Positions 1 to 9,981 of a DNA stretch of 64,000 nt are shown in pieces. Within the stretch, counting starts at the first letter, position 1; each line of letters starts with the position of its first letter. Position numbers and translations under genes: made by a program. The notes under the pieces were generated by a model. It saw nothing but the letters and a program-made list of their open reading frames with translations. It was not told the origin of the DNA and did not search any database. The stretch comes from a virus (Duplodnaviria > Caudoviricetes): IMG/VR virus record IMGVR_UViG_3300021963_000022, one strand, 5' to 3'.

Positions 1-1
1 T

Positions 2-199
2 CCGCAAACATTAAATGCATTGATGCAAATTGGACTTGTTCCACAAAATACAGTTCTATTAGAACAAAAAGATATTATGTTGGAATTAACTAATAACACA
101 TTTACAAATAAAGATGCAGATAGTAATTCTGATGATTATTCAATATATACAGAAGAGGGTGAATCTGACAGCCCTAATAATCAGATTCCCTTGCAATAA
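2..199 (+). CDS. 3' end of a gene truncated by the window edge (acidic C-terminus)
   Basis: Frame 2 is open from the window start (PQTLNALMQIG...PNNQIPLQ) to TAA at 197-199. Confidence 0.6.
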   Translation, partial: PQTLNALMQIGLVPQNTVLLEQKDIMLELTNNTFTNKDADSNSDDYSIYTEEGESDSPNNQIPLQ

Positions 200-203
200 A
201 ATA

Positions 204-292
204 CACACCTTAGGACCGGTATTAAGTTACCGTAGTGTGGGCCGGCTGCTGGCCTGATTTACGAATTCGCTACTCGAAAATCTAAAGTGAGC
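204..292 (+). ncRNA. Putative structured RNA (multi-stem junction with possible pseudoknot), family unassigned
   Basis: Intergenic and GC-enriched; closing stem 206-213/282-289, hairpins 217-232, 240-254 and 256-282 identified by manual pairing. Confidence 0.45.
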
Positions 293-305
293 TTTTACCA
301 TTTCT

Positions 306-313
306 GATAAATA
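306..313 (+). promoter_or_regulatory. T4-like late promoter motif GATAAATA
   Basis: 7 nt before the ATG at 321; the same motif recurs before other late-type genes. Confidence 0.55.
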
Positions 314-320
314 TATATAT

Positions 321-1094
321 ATGAGAGCATCAGAACTAGAAGAATCCGCCGCCGATGAGTTGAAACGTAAACTCCCAAGTCTTAACAAGACTGATTACTC
401 AACCATCGACCACTTAATGAAACGTATCAGTAAGCGTTTTAACATTAGTGGTAAAAAACTACATGACTTGTTCGTTAGCAAGTACGGTGAAACACCTGAT
501 CATTGGATTAAAAAATACAAAGATAAGTTAGATGAGGCACAACTTGCAGGAAATCCTATATATGTAATATATGTTGACGGTAAACCAGCAACAAAATATG
601 TTGATTCTAATGAAGCAAAACAAGACCTTCAATTACTAAAAAACAAGTTTCCTAATAAAACTTTTGTAATAAAACAACAAAATGATACGACTCCAGGTGG
701 TACTAATCTTATAGGTGAAGGTGTTGAATCGTCTGACGATGAACAAAAGATTAAAGATTTTATTGAATGGTCTTATAAAAAAGTAAACTTACAAAAGCCT
801 TATCCCAAGTTTACATTCAGTAGAAATACAGAAGAAGCACAAGAAGGTCATCACACCGGTCGTCATACGCACGACGGTGAAAACAGTCAAATATGGGTGT
901 ATATTGAGAATCGAAATCTAGTAGATATATTCAGAACTATATTCCATGAGATTGTACATGAAAGACAAATGCAACTTAATATGATTGGTCCTGATGATAG
1001 TTATCCAGGAAGTCCCGTTGAAGCAATGGCTGACATGATGGCTGGCAAATATATCAAAATCTACGGTAAAGAGCATCCTGAGATATTCCAATGA
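321..1094 (+). CDS. Putative virion internal protein with C-terminal HExxH metallopeptidase-like domain
   Basis: N-terminal MRASELEE leader; FHEIVHERQ followed by EAMAD. Confidence 0.55.
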   Translation: MRASELEESAADELKRKLPSLNKTDYSTIDHLMKRISKRFNISGKKLHDLFVSKYGETPDHWIKKYKDKLDEAQLAGNPIYVIYVDGKPATKYVDSNEAKQDLQLLKNKFPNKTFVIKQQNDTTPGGTNLIGEGVESSDDEQKIKDFIEWSYKKVNLQKPYPKFTFSRNTEEAQEGHHTGRHTHDGENSQIWVYIENRNLVDIFRTIFHEIVHERQMQLNMIGPDDSYPGSPVEAMADMMAGKYIKIYGKEHPEIFQ

Positions 1095-2365
1095 GAGCTA
1101 GAGAGTTTTTAATAGAATATAACAGAAACACCATGGTAAAAATGATGGGTAAGCAATTACTCAAATCATTTGCTCAGGGTAATGATATTAGATTAGCAAA
1201 TCAACCTCAATTCAGAACACCCGAGAATACATATGATACTAATAAAATGGTTGACTTTGTATTAGCAACATTAGAACAAGCTGACCCTACAACAAACAAA
1301 ATATATACTCCATGGTTAGCACGTGAGTATGTTAAAACTAATATAAAAAGATTAGAAGATGCATCAGCACACGCAACTCCTGCACTATCATTATACGATA
1401 CTTATAAAAGAAGCGGTGCGTTCCCTAGTGAATACAAAGATATCATGCGTATCACGTATAATCAATTGCTTACTTTTATCAGATCATATGATGCACCACC
1501 TACAGAGTTAAAAGATAAGGGTCGATCAACACAAGTTTATAGTGATAGTGAAGTACGTGTTATTGTACCAGAAGATCAAACTGCCGCATGTTATTATGGT
1601 CAAGGAACTCGTTGGTGTACAGCGGCTACTAGGGGTACTAACTATTTCAATCAATACTCACGTCAGGGTAAATTGTATATATTGCTTCCAACTAATCCAA
1701 GAGATGAAGGTGAAAAGTATCAATTACATTTTGAATCAGATCAGTTTATGGATAAAGAAGATGACCCAGTAGATATTGGTTGGTTATTAAGAACTCGTTT
1801 CCCTAGTCTACTTCCATTCTTTTTAAAAAATGAACCTGAATTAAAAACGTTTGTTGTTTTTAGTGACAATGCTATATTAGAAAAGGTCGGTAAACAGATA
1901 CATGACTTTGCTATGGACCGTGTAAATGAAATTATGATGGATTGGGAAACTGATGATGAAAGTTTTCGTGATTGGCAAACAGAACAAGCAATTAACAAAG
2001 GTTATGTTGATGCAGAAGGTAATATAGATTGGGATTTAGTACATGACGATGATTCCATTAACAACTATAGTGATTACAACTATGAAGTTAAAGACTTCTA
2101 CAAACAAATGGATAGAGCATTAAGCGTCAGTCCTGCTGAAATGCGTGATATGGCAGCAGGTGTAGAACAATACCTGGATAATGGTCCACTTAAAATTACT
2201 GAGTTAGATAGTATATACGAAACTGAGCTTGAAGAAACTTTTGGAAAAACAAGGGGCGGTGGTAGTAATGACTATGGTATAGGTGATTGGATAATGGAAC
2301 ACCTACAAGTTCAAAAAGATGGAACGGTCAAATTCTGGCCTGGATCTAAACATACACAAAGTTAA
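1091..2365 (+). CDS. Putative virion internal protein, PcfJ-like central domain (tentative)
   Basis: MRAREFLIE leader; AACYYGQGTRWCTA motif; ATGA overlap with the upstream gene. Confidence 0.45.
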   Translation: MRAREFLIEYNRNTMVKMMGKQLLKSFAQGNDIRLANQPQFRTPENTYDTNKMVDFVLATLEQADPTTNKIYTPWLAREYVKTNIKRLEDASAHATPALSLYDTYKRSGAFPSEYKDIMRITYNQLLTFIRSYDAPPTELKDKGRSTQVYSDSEVRVIVPEDQTAACYYGQGTRWCTAATRGTNYFNQYSRQGKLYILLPTNPRDEGEKYQLHFESDQFMDKEDDPVDIGWLLRTRFPSLLPFFLKNEPELKTFVVFSDNAILEKVGKQIHDFAMDRVNEIMMDWETDDESFRDWQTEQAINKGYVDAEGNIDWDLVHDDDSINNYSDYNYEVKDFYKQMDRALSVSPAEMRDMAAGVEQYLDNGPLKITELDSIYETELEETFGKTRGGGSNDYGIGDWIMEHLQVQKDGTVKFWPGSKHTQS

Positions 2366-2390
2366 TCGGGTAATATTCCTTGCAAAATAG

Positions 2391-2419
2391 TTGACTTTCT
2401 TGCACTGTGCATGTATACT
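2391..2419 (+). promoter_or_regulatory. sigma70-type promoter
   Basis: TTGACT-17 nt-TATACT upstream of the dsbA-like and polymerase genes. Confidence 0.7.
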
Positions 2420-2441
2420 AACTACTTCACAAGGAGAAACT

Positions 2442-2708
2442 ATGTCAGATTACAACAGAACCTTTAATGGTGAAGCTAAAATCAAACTAACACAATTGGT
2501 CAATGAAGGCATGAGTGTATTGCATGAAATTGACACATTGAATGGTGGATTGAACGACACTATTAAGGCAGTCGCAGAAGAACTTGAAATCAAAGCTTCT
2601 ACACTAAAAAAAGCAATTAAGATTGCACATAAAGCATCATTAGGTCAAACAAACAAAGACCATGATGAACTCAACACTATCTTGGAAACTGTCGGCAAAA
2701 CTCTATGA
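2442..2708 (+). CDS. DsbA/GapR-like dsDNA-binding protein
   Basis: 88-aa helical protein (IKAVAEELEIKASTLKKAIKIAHK); SD AAGGAG before ATG 2442; adjacent to the polymerase. Confidence 0.6.
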   Translation: MSDYNRTFNGEAKIKLTQLVNEGMSVLHEIDTLNGGLNDTIKAVAEELEIKASTLKKAIKIAHKASLGQTNKDHDELNTILETVGKTL

Positions 2709-5422
2709 GTTATGTGGATGCAATACACGCAAAAGATGAGGACCGTATCTACGTTGTAGAGAGGGATAATAACGGCAAGCGTCAGTACAAAGAGTATCCC
2801 ACTAACTATGTATTGTATTATCCCGATCACAAAGGTAAGCAACGCAGTATCTATGGCGATCCTGTAACTAGATTTTCAACTAGGAAAAGAACTGAGTTTG
2901 AAAAAGAAAGACGAATTCACGGTAACAAGAAACTCTTTGAGAGTGATGTTAACGTTGTATTCCGCTGTCTTTCAGAAAACTATTTAGGTGTCGATGCTCC
3001 TAAACTTCATACTTGCTTCTTTGACATTGAGGTAGACTTTGATCCTGTCAAAGGATTCAGTCCAACAGCAGACCCATTTAATCCAGTTACAGCTATCAGT
3101 TGTTACTTAGATTGGCTTGACCAATGTATTACATTAGTTATTGCTCCTAAGCATATGACTAGTGAAACAGCCAATGATATTGTAAATCAATTTGAGAATA
3201 CAATGCTTTTCAATTCAGAGAAGGAAATGTTTGATGTTTTCTTTCAACTGATTGAAGATGCTGATGTATTAACTGGCTGGAACTCAGAGGGATATGATAT
3301 TCCCTATATGGTCAATCGTGTTACTAGAGTGATGAGTAAAGATGATACACGCAAATTCTGTTTGCTAGGTCAACTTCCTAAACCTCGTAAGTATGAACGA
3401 TTCGGTAAAGAAGAAACTACATATGATTTAGTAGGTCGTATTCACATGGACTATTTGCAGTTGTATAAGAAATACAACTATGAATCTCGTCACAGTTACA
3501 AACTTGACTCTATCGGTGAGATGGAAGTAGGTGAGAACAAAACTGTATATGAAGGTACTCTTGACCAATTGTATAACAAAGACTTTAAAAAGTTTATTGA
3601 ATACAATAGACAAGATACTATGTTGTTGGTGAAGATTCACAACAAACTTAAGTTTTTAGAATTAGCTAATCAACTTGCACATGAAAACACAGTACTGCTT
3701 CCAACAGTTATGGGTTCGGTAGCAATGATTGAGATGGCTATTTTTAATGAAGCCCATGAACGTGGGGTTGTTGTTCCAGATAAAAAACGAAAGGTTGAAA
3801 ATGCAGAAGATGTCCAACAGGCAGCAGGTGCCTTTGTTGCTACGCCCAAGAAGGGAATGCACGAATGGGTCGGAGCAGTCGATATTAACTCACTCTATCC
3901 CTCGGTTATTCGTGCCCTCAACATGGCAGGCGAAACCATTATTGCTCAAGTCAGACAAACAATAACTGACCAATACATGAGAGACAAAGGATCACGTCTT
4001 GCCAGCGAAAAGAAATATTTCAAAGAAGGTGATGATGCTGTAACTGGTAGTATCTTGTGGGAGAATTTGTTTGGTGCATTAGAGTACACAGCAATTATGA
4101 ACCAAGAACGTGGTACTATGCTTACAGTAGACTATGAAGATGGTCGTTCAGTGGAAATGTCGGCAGCAGAAATCTGGAAAATGATTTTTGATAGTCACAA
4201 TCCCTGGATGTTATCAGCTAATGGTACAATTTTTACTTATGAAAAAGAAGGCATCGTACCTGGTCTACTAACACGTTGGTACACAGAACGTAAAGTAATT
4301 CAAAAACAAGCTAAAGAAGCATATGGTACAGATATGTATGATTATTATGACAAGCGACAACTTGTTCGTAAAATTTTACTTAACTCAGCATATGGTGCAC
4401 TATTGAATGAACATTGCAGATTCTATGACAAGCGTATTGGTCAAAGTGTTACATTGAGTGGTCGTCAGATTGTTAAGCATATGATGAGTATAATCAATGA
4501 AACAGTTGAAGGTGTGTATTCACACGAAGGAGAAGCAATTGTATACGGTGATACTGATTCTTGCTATTTTACTGCGTTTCCTACGCTTAAAAAGCAAATC
4601 GAAAACAAAGAACTAGACTGGAACAAAGAGACTTGTATCGGATTATACGATGGTATCGCTGACCAAGCTAATGAAAGTTTCCCAGCATTTATGGAGAAAG
4701 CATTTCATGCTCCAAGAAAGAATGGAGCAATCATTAAAGCAGGTCGTGAACTAATCGGTGATCGTGCTATCTTTATTACTAAAAAGCGTTATGCTATCAA
4801 TATCTTTGATAAAGAAGGTAAGCGTAAAGATAAAGATGGTCAAGGTGGTGATATCAAAGCAATGGGTCTTGACTTGAAACGTGCGGACACACCTAAGTAT
4901 GTACAAGAATTCTTAATGAATGTATTGTCAATGGTACTACAGCAAGGTAAAGGTCGTGAGGAAGTTATTACAGTAGTTAAAGACTTTAAACGAAATCTAT
5001 CAGCACAAGATAGTTGGACTAAAGGTTCACCCAAAGGTGTTAACAAACTTACGATGTATGGTGAGCTGGAAGCTCACAGTAAAACTGGTAGAGCTAACAT
5101 GCCCGGTCACGTTCGTGCGGCTCTTAACTGGAATTATTTGCGTAGAGTTTACAACGATAACTACAGTCAGAAGATTGTTGATGGCATGAAAATTGTTGTT
5201 TGTAAACTAAAACAGAATCCAATGGGATTTACTAGCGTAGCTTACCCGACGGATGAACTTAGATTACCCAAATGGTTTTGTGAATTACCGTTTGATGATA
5301 ATGCAATGGAACAAACATTAGTTGATGAGAAGATTGACAACTTATTGGGTGTATTAGATTGGGATTTGCGTTCTAATACTGATACAAAATCTACATTTGA
5401 TGAATTATTTACATTTGGTTAA
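2705..5422 (+). CDS. Family B DNA polymerase (gp43-like) with 3'-5' exonuclease
   Basis: DINSLYPS, KILLNSAYG, YGDTDS, KKRY; exonuclease motifs FDIEV, GWNSEGYD, YNRQD. Confidence 0.97.
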   Translation: MSYVDAIHAKDEDRIYVVERDNNGKRQYKEYPTNYVLYYPDHKGKQRSIYGDPVTRFSTRKRTEFEKERRIHGNKKLFESDVNVVFRCLSENYLGVDAPKLHTCFFDIEVDFDPVKGFSPTADPFNPVTAISCYLDWLDQCITLVIAPKHMTSETANDIVNQFENTMLFNSEKEMFDVFFQLIEDADVLTGWNSEGYDIPYMVNRVTRVMSKDDTRKFCLLGQLPKPRKYERFGKEETTYDLVGRIHMDYLQLYKKYNYESRHSYKLDSIGEMEVGENKTVYEGTLDQLYNKDFKKFIEYNRQDTMLLVKIHNKLKFLELANQLAHENTVLLPTVMGSVAMIEMAIFNEAHERGVVVPDKKRKVENAEDVQQAAGAFVATPKKGMHEWVGAVDINSLYPSVIRALNMAGETIIAQVRQTITDQYMRDKGSRLASEKKYFKEGDDAVTGSILWENLFGALEYTAIMNQERGTMLTVDYEDGRSVEMSAAEIWKMIFDSHNPWMLSANGTIFTYEKEGIVPGLLTRWYTERKVIQKQAKEAYGTDMYDYYDKRQLVRKILLNSAYGALLNEHCRFYDKRIGQSVTLSGRQIVKHMMSIINETVEGVYSHEGEAIVYGDTDSCYFTAFPTLKKQIENKELDWNKETCIGLYDGIADQANESFPAFMEKAFHAPRKNGAIIKAGRELIGDRAIFITKKRYAINIFDKEGKRKDKDGQGGDIKAMGLDLKRADTPKYVQEFLMNVLSMVLQQGKGREEVITVVKDFKRNLSAQDSWTKGSPKGVNKLTMYGELEAHSKTGRANMPGHVRAALNWNYLRRVYNDNYSQKIVDGMKIVVCKLKQNPMGFTSVAYPTDELRLPKWFCELPFDDNAMEQTLVDEKIDNLLGVLDWDLRSNTDTKSTFDELFTFG

Positions 5423-5429
5423 ACTGGTA

Positions 5430-5458
5430 TTGACATTCGTAATAAAACCCATCATAAT
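5430..5458 (+). promoter_or_regulatory. sigma70-type promoter
   Basis: TTGACA-17 nt-CATAAT. Confidence 0.65.
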
Positions 5459-5506
5459 GACACATATTGCTATATTAAATATTAGCACAAATTACAAAGG
5501 AAAAAC

Positions 5507-6241
5507 ATGAAAGATATTTTAAAAGAGTTAGTATTATACACAAAAAAATTAGGTTTCATTAACCTAATCAAAATTACAGGTACAGATAAAGATGTTACTA
5601 TCAATGCTATTGCTGATAACAAAACAGTTATTGTTAATGGTTTGATGAAGCAACCTGTACCGGGCTTTGATGGTGTATTTGGTATGCCTAACTTAGGCAA
5701 ACTTGATACTATCTTAAACTTAGATGTATATGATGAACTAAGTAACATTACAGTACAACCTAAGATTGAAGATGACGGTACTAGTGTTCCCGGTACTATT
5801 CACTTTGAAACAGTAAACAAAGACTTTGTTAACGATTATCGTTTGATGAGTAAGTCAGTTGTATCAGAGCAAATCAAGTCAGTAATTTTCAATGGTACAG
5901 TTTGGAATGTTGAATTCGAACCAACTATTGTAGGTATTCAACGTTTACGCCGTCAGTCTCAAGCTAATAGCGAAGAAGAATCTTTTATGACAAAAACTGA
6001 GAACGGTGATCTAAAGATTTACTTTGGTGATCATAGTACACACTCGGGTAACTTTATTTTTCAACATTCAGTTAATGGAACACTAAATAAAAGTTGGAGG
6101 TGGCCTATTAAAGAATTCTTAGCAATCGTAGATTTACCCGGCGATAAGAAGATTCGTTTTAGTGACCAAGGTGCGTGTGAGATTGTTATCGACAATGGCA
6201 CAAGCGTATATCAATATCTTTTCCCAGCACAAACAAAATGA
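5507..6241 (+). CDS. Probable sliding clamp (gp45-like)
   Basis: 244 aa, two-lobed alpha/beta pattern, directly after the polymerase; called mainly from size and context. Confidence 0.6.
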   Translation: MKDILKELVLYTKKLGFINLIKITGTDKDVTINAIADNKTVIVNGLMKQPVPGFDGVFGMPNLGKLDTILNLDVYDELSNITVQPKIEDDGTSVPGTIHFETVNKDFVNDYRLMSKSVVSEQIKSVIFNGTVWNVEFEPTIVGIQRLRRQSQANSEEESFMTKTENGDLKIYFGDHSTHSGNFIFQHSVNGTLNKSWRWPIKEFLAIVDLPGDKKIRFSDQGACEIVIDNGTSVYQYLFPAQTK

Positions 6242-6972
6242 CAATTAAAAGTATTTCAGGCGGAGTGGGTGTAGTAGTTAACGGCGGAACACCCGCATAT
6301 CCCGTCATAGACATGAAAGAAGTTAGCGCCGGTCTAGTTAGATATAATACGGATCACCTAGAAGTTTTTGATGGTACTGCTTGGAAGCCTCTTGGTTGGT
6401 CTGATTGTAACGTTGATTTGTCTAATCCTGCTATGGATTTACTATCCTGGGTACGTGAGAAGATGATTGAAGAACAATCAAAGGATACTACTAGTGTATT
6501 GTCTCCTGAAGCTATTGACTTACTAACATGGGTCAAGGCTAAAAGACATGAAGAAGAAAATGGTGTAAGTTTAATTACACCTGAGATGGAAGAACTGTTT
6601 GCTTGGGTTAGACTTAAGAAACAGGAAGATGATATCTTAGCACGTAAACGTCAGGAAGAAGAAGCGCAGAAAAGAAAACAAGCTGATTTGCGTAGACTTA
6701 TGGAAGAAGAAGCTAGAAAATCAATGTTGATTAAACAGGAAATTAAACCCGTACCTGTTCTATTTCCAGAGCCTGTACAACAGCCTGTACAACCTGTACA
6801 AGAGTTTGAGCCTGAGGTGATTGAAGAAGTAGTATCTGAAGTAGTTGAAGAAGTTATTCCAGAAACAACTACAAAAGCAACACCCAAAACAAAGAAAAAG
6901 AAAAAGATTGAACCAGTAGTGGTTGTAGTTGAGAAACCAAAAGAGATTCCACCAGAAGACAGGATGTGGTAA
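6238..6972 (+). CDS. Hypothetical protein with three helical W-V-R/K repeats and an acidic/Pro-rich tail; paralog of the next gene
   Basis: LLSWVREK, LLTWVKAK, LFAWVRLK; shared RYN...EVFDG..W segment. Confidence 0.7.
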   Translation: MTIKSISGGVGVVVNGGTPAYPVIDMKEVSAGLVRYNTDHLEVFDGTAWKPLGWSDCNVDLSNPAMDLLSWVREKMIEEQSKDTTSVLSPEAIDLLTWVKAKRHEEENGVSLITPEMEELFAWVRLKKQEDDILARKRQEEEAQKRKQADLRRLMEEEARKSMLIKQEIKPVPVLFPEPVQQPVQPVQEFEPEVIEEVVSEVVEEVIPETTTKATPKTKKKKKIEPVVVVVEKPKEIPPEDRMW

Positions 6973-7340
6973 TGATAAAAAGTATTCAGACTAATGGTCC
7001 GTTCTTAAGTGTAGCAGGTGGCTATCCATCTGCTACATATATCAGTAATGGTAGTGGACCAGGTGTAGGTAATATGCGATATAACCCCAACAGTCAAAAC
7101 ATTGAAGTATTTGATGGCAGTATTTGGGTTATTATGCAATCTAGTAATGCTTATATTAGTTTAGACCATGAAGCAGTTATATTGTTAGAATGGGTACGTA
7201 AGAAGCGTGATGAGGATCTTGAAGTAGAACGATTAGCAGAAACTAATTCAACTATCAAGGACCTTGTAAATCAAGTTAAAGAAAAACAAGAACAAATTCG
7301 TATTGTTCAAGCACTCGTAAAAGAAGAAGTAAAAGTTTAA
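6972..7340 (+). CDS. Hypothetical protein, paralog of 6238..6972
   Basis: MRYNPNSQNIEVFDGSIW...LLEWVRKK. Confidence 0.7.
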   Translation: MIKSIQTNGPFLSVAGGYPSATYISNGSGPGVGNMRYNPNSQNIEVFDGSIWVIMQSSNAYISLDHEAVILLEWVRKKRDEDLEVERLAETNSTIKDLVNQVKEKQEQIRIVQALVKEEVKV

Positions 7341-8896
7341 TGGAACAAGTAAATCTATCAAATCATCACAAAGATGATTGGGCGTTATTCCTACCAGCAG
7401 TCAGTAGCTTCTATATCTCTGGCTTAGGTAAGCAACGTAAAGGTGAAGAGTATTTTGAACAATCTCGTATACCTGCAGGCTTTAACAATGATGTAGAAAA
7501 ACTAAACTTTCTTAATAGCAAAGAAGGTCTCTATTATTATAAATGGGGCTTGTACTCTGCTGGTCATGCTAACTTAGATACTACTAAAGACGATCCTAGT
7601 GAATCAATCATTAGAGAACGTGAAGCTGGTACATTCATGTTGGGCGACTCTGGTGGATTTCAAATTCTTAAAGGTCAATGGCCGGCTGATTGGAAAGATC
7701 CTAACTGTCCTAAAGCTTTAGAAAAACGTCAAATTGTTTTGAAGTGGATGGATACATACATGGACTATGGTATGTGTTTAGATGTACCTAGTCAATCATT
7801 CTTAAACAAACCTGCTATCAAACTTCATGGCATTCATAACATCGAAGAAGCTATTACTGCTACACATATTAATAACGAATACTTTATTAACAATCGTTCG
7901 GGTAAGTGTAAGTTCTTAAATGTATTGCAAGGTACTACACATACTGAAAGTGATTCATGGTACAACGAAATGAAAAAGTATTGTGATCCAAACATCTATC
8001 CAGACAATCACTTTAATGGTTGGGCGTTTGGTGGCCAGAATAAAATTGATGTTGACTTGATGTTACGTAGATTTGTTGATATTGTATATGACGGATTGTT
8101 ACAAGAAGGTAAACATGATTTGGTTCACTGTTTGGGTGTATCAATCTTAGAGTATGCTGTATTGTTTACTGATATTCAAAAAGCTATTCGTAAGTATCAT
8201 AACCCAAGTTTGAAGATTACGTTTGATTGTGCAAGCCCATTCTTTAGTGCGGCCAAAGGACTTGCTTACTTTAATACAAACATTGAACATAATCAGAAGT
8301 GGTCATATCAAATGGAAAAGACTGCTGAGAAGAAGTCTTATGCTACTGATAATCGGACGTTTATTGATGCTGTTTTGGCTGATGGTATCCATAAACAGTT
8401 TACAAATAGTCCAGTAACTGATAAACTACTTATTAGAGATTTGTGTTATAGAGGGATAGGATTCTTAGGACAACATAACAAAGAAACAAAAACTAGCTGG
8501 GATACACTTAGCTATACATTGTTACAAAGTCATAATGTCTATACTCATATCAATGCTGTGCAAGAAGCTAATCGTAGATATGAGCAAGGAATTCATCCAG
8601 CAATGGTTAGAAATAAAAATACAGGTTTAACCTTTGGTCAGTTGATTGATAGTATTTTTGCATGTAAAACTAAACAAGAAAGTTTAGATATCATTACACA
8701 GTATGAACTATTCTGGACGCAAATGCAATCAGGTAGTCAAGGATTTAGTGGTAAGAAAACTATCAATTCACGTACACAATATAAAGAACTTTTTACAGAA
8801 GAAGAATCAGATTCTGAACTATATTTGTTAGAAGATATTAAACCTAACAAATATTCTTCTAATGAAAAGTTTAACGAACTATTTACACTTGAATAA
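7340..8896 (+). CDS. dpdA: TGT-fold DNA 7-deazaguanine transglycosylase (DpdA-like)
   Basis: DSGGFQ, MCLDV, VLQG, GWAFGG, HCLG, TFDCAS and SHN occur in TGT order; no CxCxxC zinc motif seen. Confidence 0.8.
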   Translation: MEQVNLSNHHKDDWALFLPAVSSFYISGLGKQRKGEEYFEQSRIPAGFNNDVEKLNFLNSKEGLYYYKWGLYSAGHANLDTTKDDPSESIIREREAGTFMLGDSGGFQILKGQWPADWKDPNCPKALEKRQIVLKWMDTYMDYGMCLDVPSQSFLNKPAIKLHGIHNIEEAITATHINNEYFINNRSGKCKFLNVLQGTTHTESDSWYNEMKKYCDPNIYPDNHFNGWAFGGQNKIDVDLMLRRFVDIVYDGLLQEGKHDLVHCLGVSILEYAVLFTDIQKAIRKYHNPSLKITFDCASPFFSAAKGLAYFNTNIEHNQKWSYQMEKTAEKKSYATDNRTFIDAVLADGIHKQFTNSPVTDKLLIRDLCYRGIGFLGQHNKETKTSWDTLSYTLLQSHNVYTHINAVQEANRRYEQGIHPAMVRNKNTGLTFGQLIDSIFACKTKQESLDIITQYELFWTQMQSGSQGFSGKKTINSRTQYKELFTEEESDSELYLLEDIKPNKYSSNEKFNELFTLE

Positions 8897-8905
8897 GGAG
8901 ATAAC

Positions 8906-9118
8906 ATGCCATATCGTAGTAGAATCAGTATATTAAAAGAATCACATCGTTTGATTGATGAACAGATTATAGTAATGGAAGCTAACAACGCTGATCCGTT
9001 GAAGATTTCAGAAATGAAAAAACAAAGACTAATTTACAAAGACGAGATCCGAAGAATGGAACGTATTCAATGGGAACATGATCATGATACTGTCGACCTC
9101 AGCGATGATGACTATTAA
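8906..9118 (+). CDS. DUF465/YdcH-like small coiled-coil protein
   Basis: LKESHRLIDEQI...MKKQRLIYKDEI pattern. Confidence 0.65.
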   Translation: MPYRSRISILKESHRLIDEQIIVMEANNADPLKISEMKKQRLIYKDEIRRMERIQWEHDHDTVDLSDDDY

Positions 9119-9125
9119 ATCAACT

Positions 9126-9311
9126 ATGACTGCCGAAACCGAAGAATCTACTATTTCATTTAGAGGTGGTTCTGATGAAATGCTACGTATAGCAAAAGAT
9201 GGGTTTTATGTACGTGGAGTTCGGGTAAATCAGGATGACAAAGAAGCTGAAATAGTGTATAATACATTTCATCAGTGGTTAACATGGGCCTCACTTAACA
9301 GGAAATATTAA
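9126..9311 (+). CDS. Hypothetical protein
   Basis: ORF track; start refined to ATG 9126. Confidence 0.5.
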   Translation: MTAETEESTISFRGGSDEMLRIAKDGFYVRGVRVNQDDKEAEIVYNTFHQWLTWASLNRKY

Positions 9312-9763
9312 TGGAACAACATATTCAAGCAATGAATGAAAAACGTGTACGCATTAAGCATTATGCTAAACGTATGATTTTTGTAACATTTCAAAAAGAG
9401 GGTATTCATATGTACCCGGCAGCGGCAACAGATCCAGCACTCGCAACAGGTGATGAATATGATGTTAGCTTTTTAGGAACTCCACATCGTCACATCTTTC
9501 ATTTTAGTGTGGCGATTGAAGTATTTCACAATGACAGGGATATTGAATTCATTCAATTTAAACGCTGGTTAGAAAATCTCTACAAAGGCGGAACACTTGA
9601 ATTGAATTACAAGAGTTGTGAAATGATTAGTGATGACCTCTATGAGCAAATCGCTACTCGCTATCCCGATCGTAACATTGAGATTACTGTCAGTGAAGAC
9701 GGTGAGAACGGTGCAACGATTTATTATAATACAAGCAAACCTTATCAACAACTCGCTATTTAA
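9311..9763 (+). CDS. QueD-like T-fold protein (DpdL-like)
   Basis: LGTPHRHIF (LxxxHRHxF), DRDIEF, SCEM, SEDGENG. Confidence 0.7.
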   Translation: MEQHIQAMNEKRVRIKHYAKRMIFVTFQKEGIHMYPAAATDPALATGDEYDVSFLGTPHRHIFHFSVAIEVFHNDRDIEFIQFKRWLENLYKGGTLELNYKSCEMISDDLYEQIATRYPDRNIEITVSEDGENGATIYYNTSKPYQQLAI

Positions 9764-9774
9764 AGGAAAATACA

Positions 9775-9981
9775 ATGGCAAAACATACTTTTCAACCTAA
9801 TCCTCGTGTACGTCAAATTTTCGAGGATCTAGAAAAGTACTTGGCATTCTGCCAAGATTATGGCTACAAATATGACGAATCCTCATTATACGATATGCGT
9901 AGTTACGTATATCGTCAACACACTAAACAGTTATCTGGAAAGTGGGCTAAAGATTCATGGGCTGATGCAATCGTCCGATGA
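9775..9981 (+). CDS. Hypothetical protein
   Basis: ORF with SD AAGGA; overlaps the glycosyltransferase start. Confidence 0.6.
   Translation: MAKHTFQPNPRVRQIFEDLEKYLAFCQDYGYKYDESSLYDMRSYVYRQHTKQLSGKWAKDSWADAIVR

Noticed and set aside
206-289. Cloverleaf-like element as a tRNA
   Set aside because: No 7-nt anticodon loop, canonical D/T-loop motifs or CCA; kept only as an unassigned RNA
2705-5422. Intein or intron in the DNA polymerase
   Set aside because: ORF is continuous at 905 aa with motifs in normal order; no intein splice residues or homing-endonuclease motifs seen
7340-8896. Canonical tRNA-guanine transglycosylase for queuosine tRNA modification
   Set aside because: Larger than and divergent from bacterial Tgt, lacks the CxCxxC site, sits next to replication genes, and no queA/queG/queF is present; a DNA-acting DpdA is more plausible, though not proven
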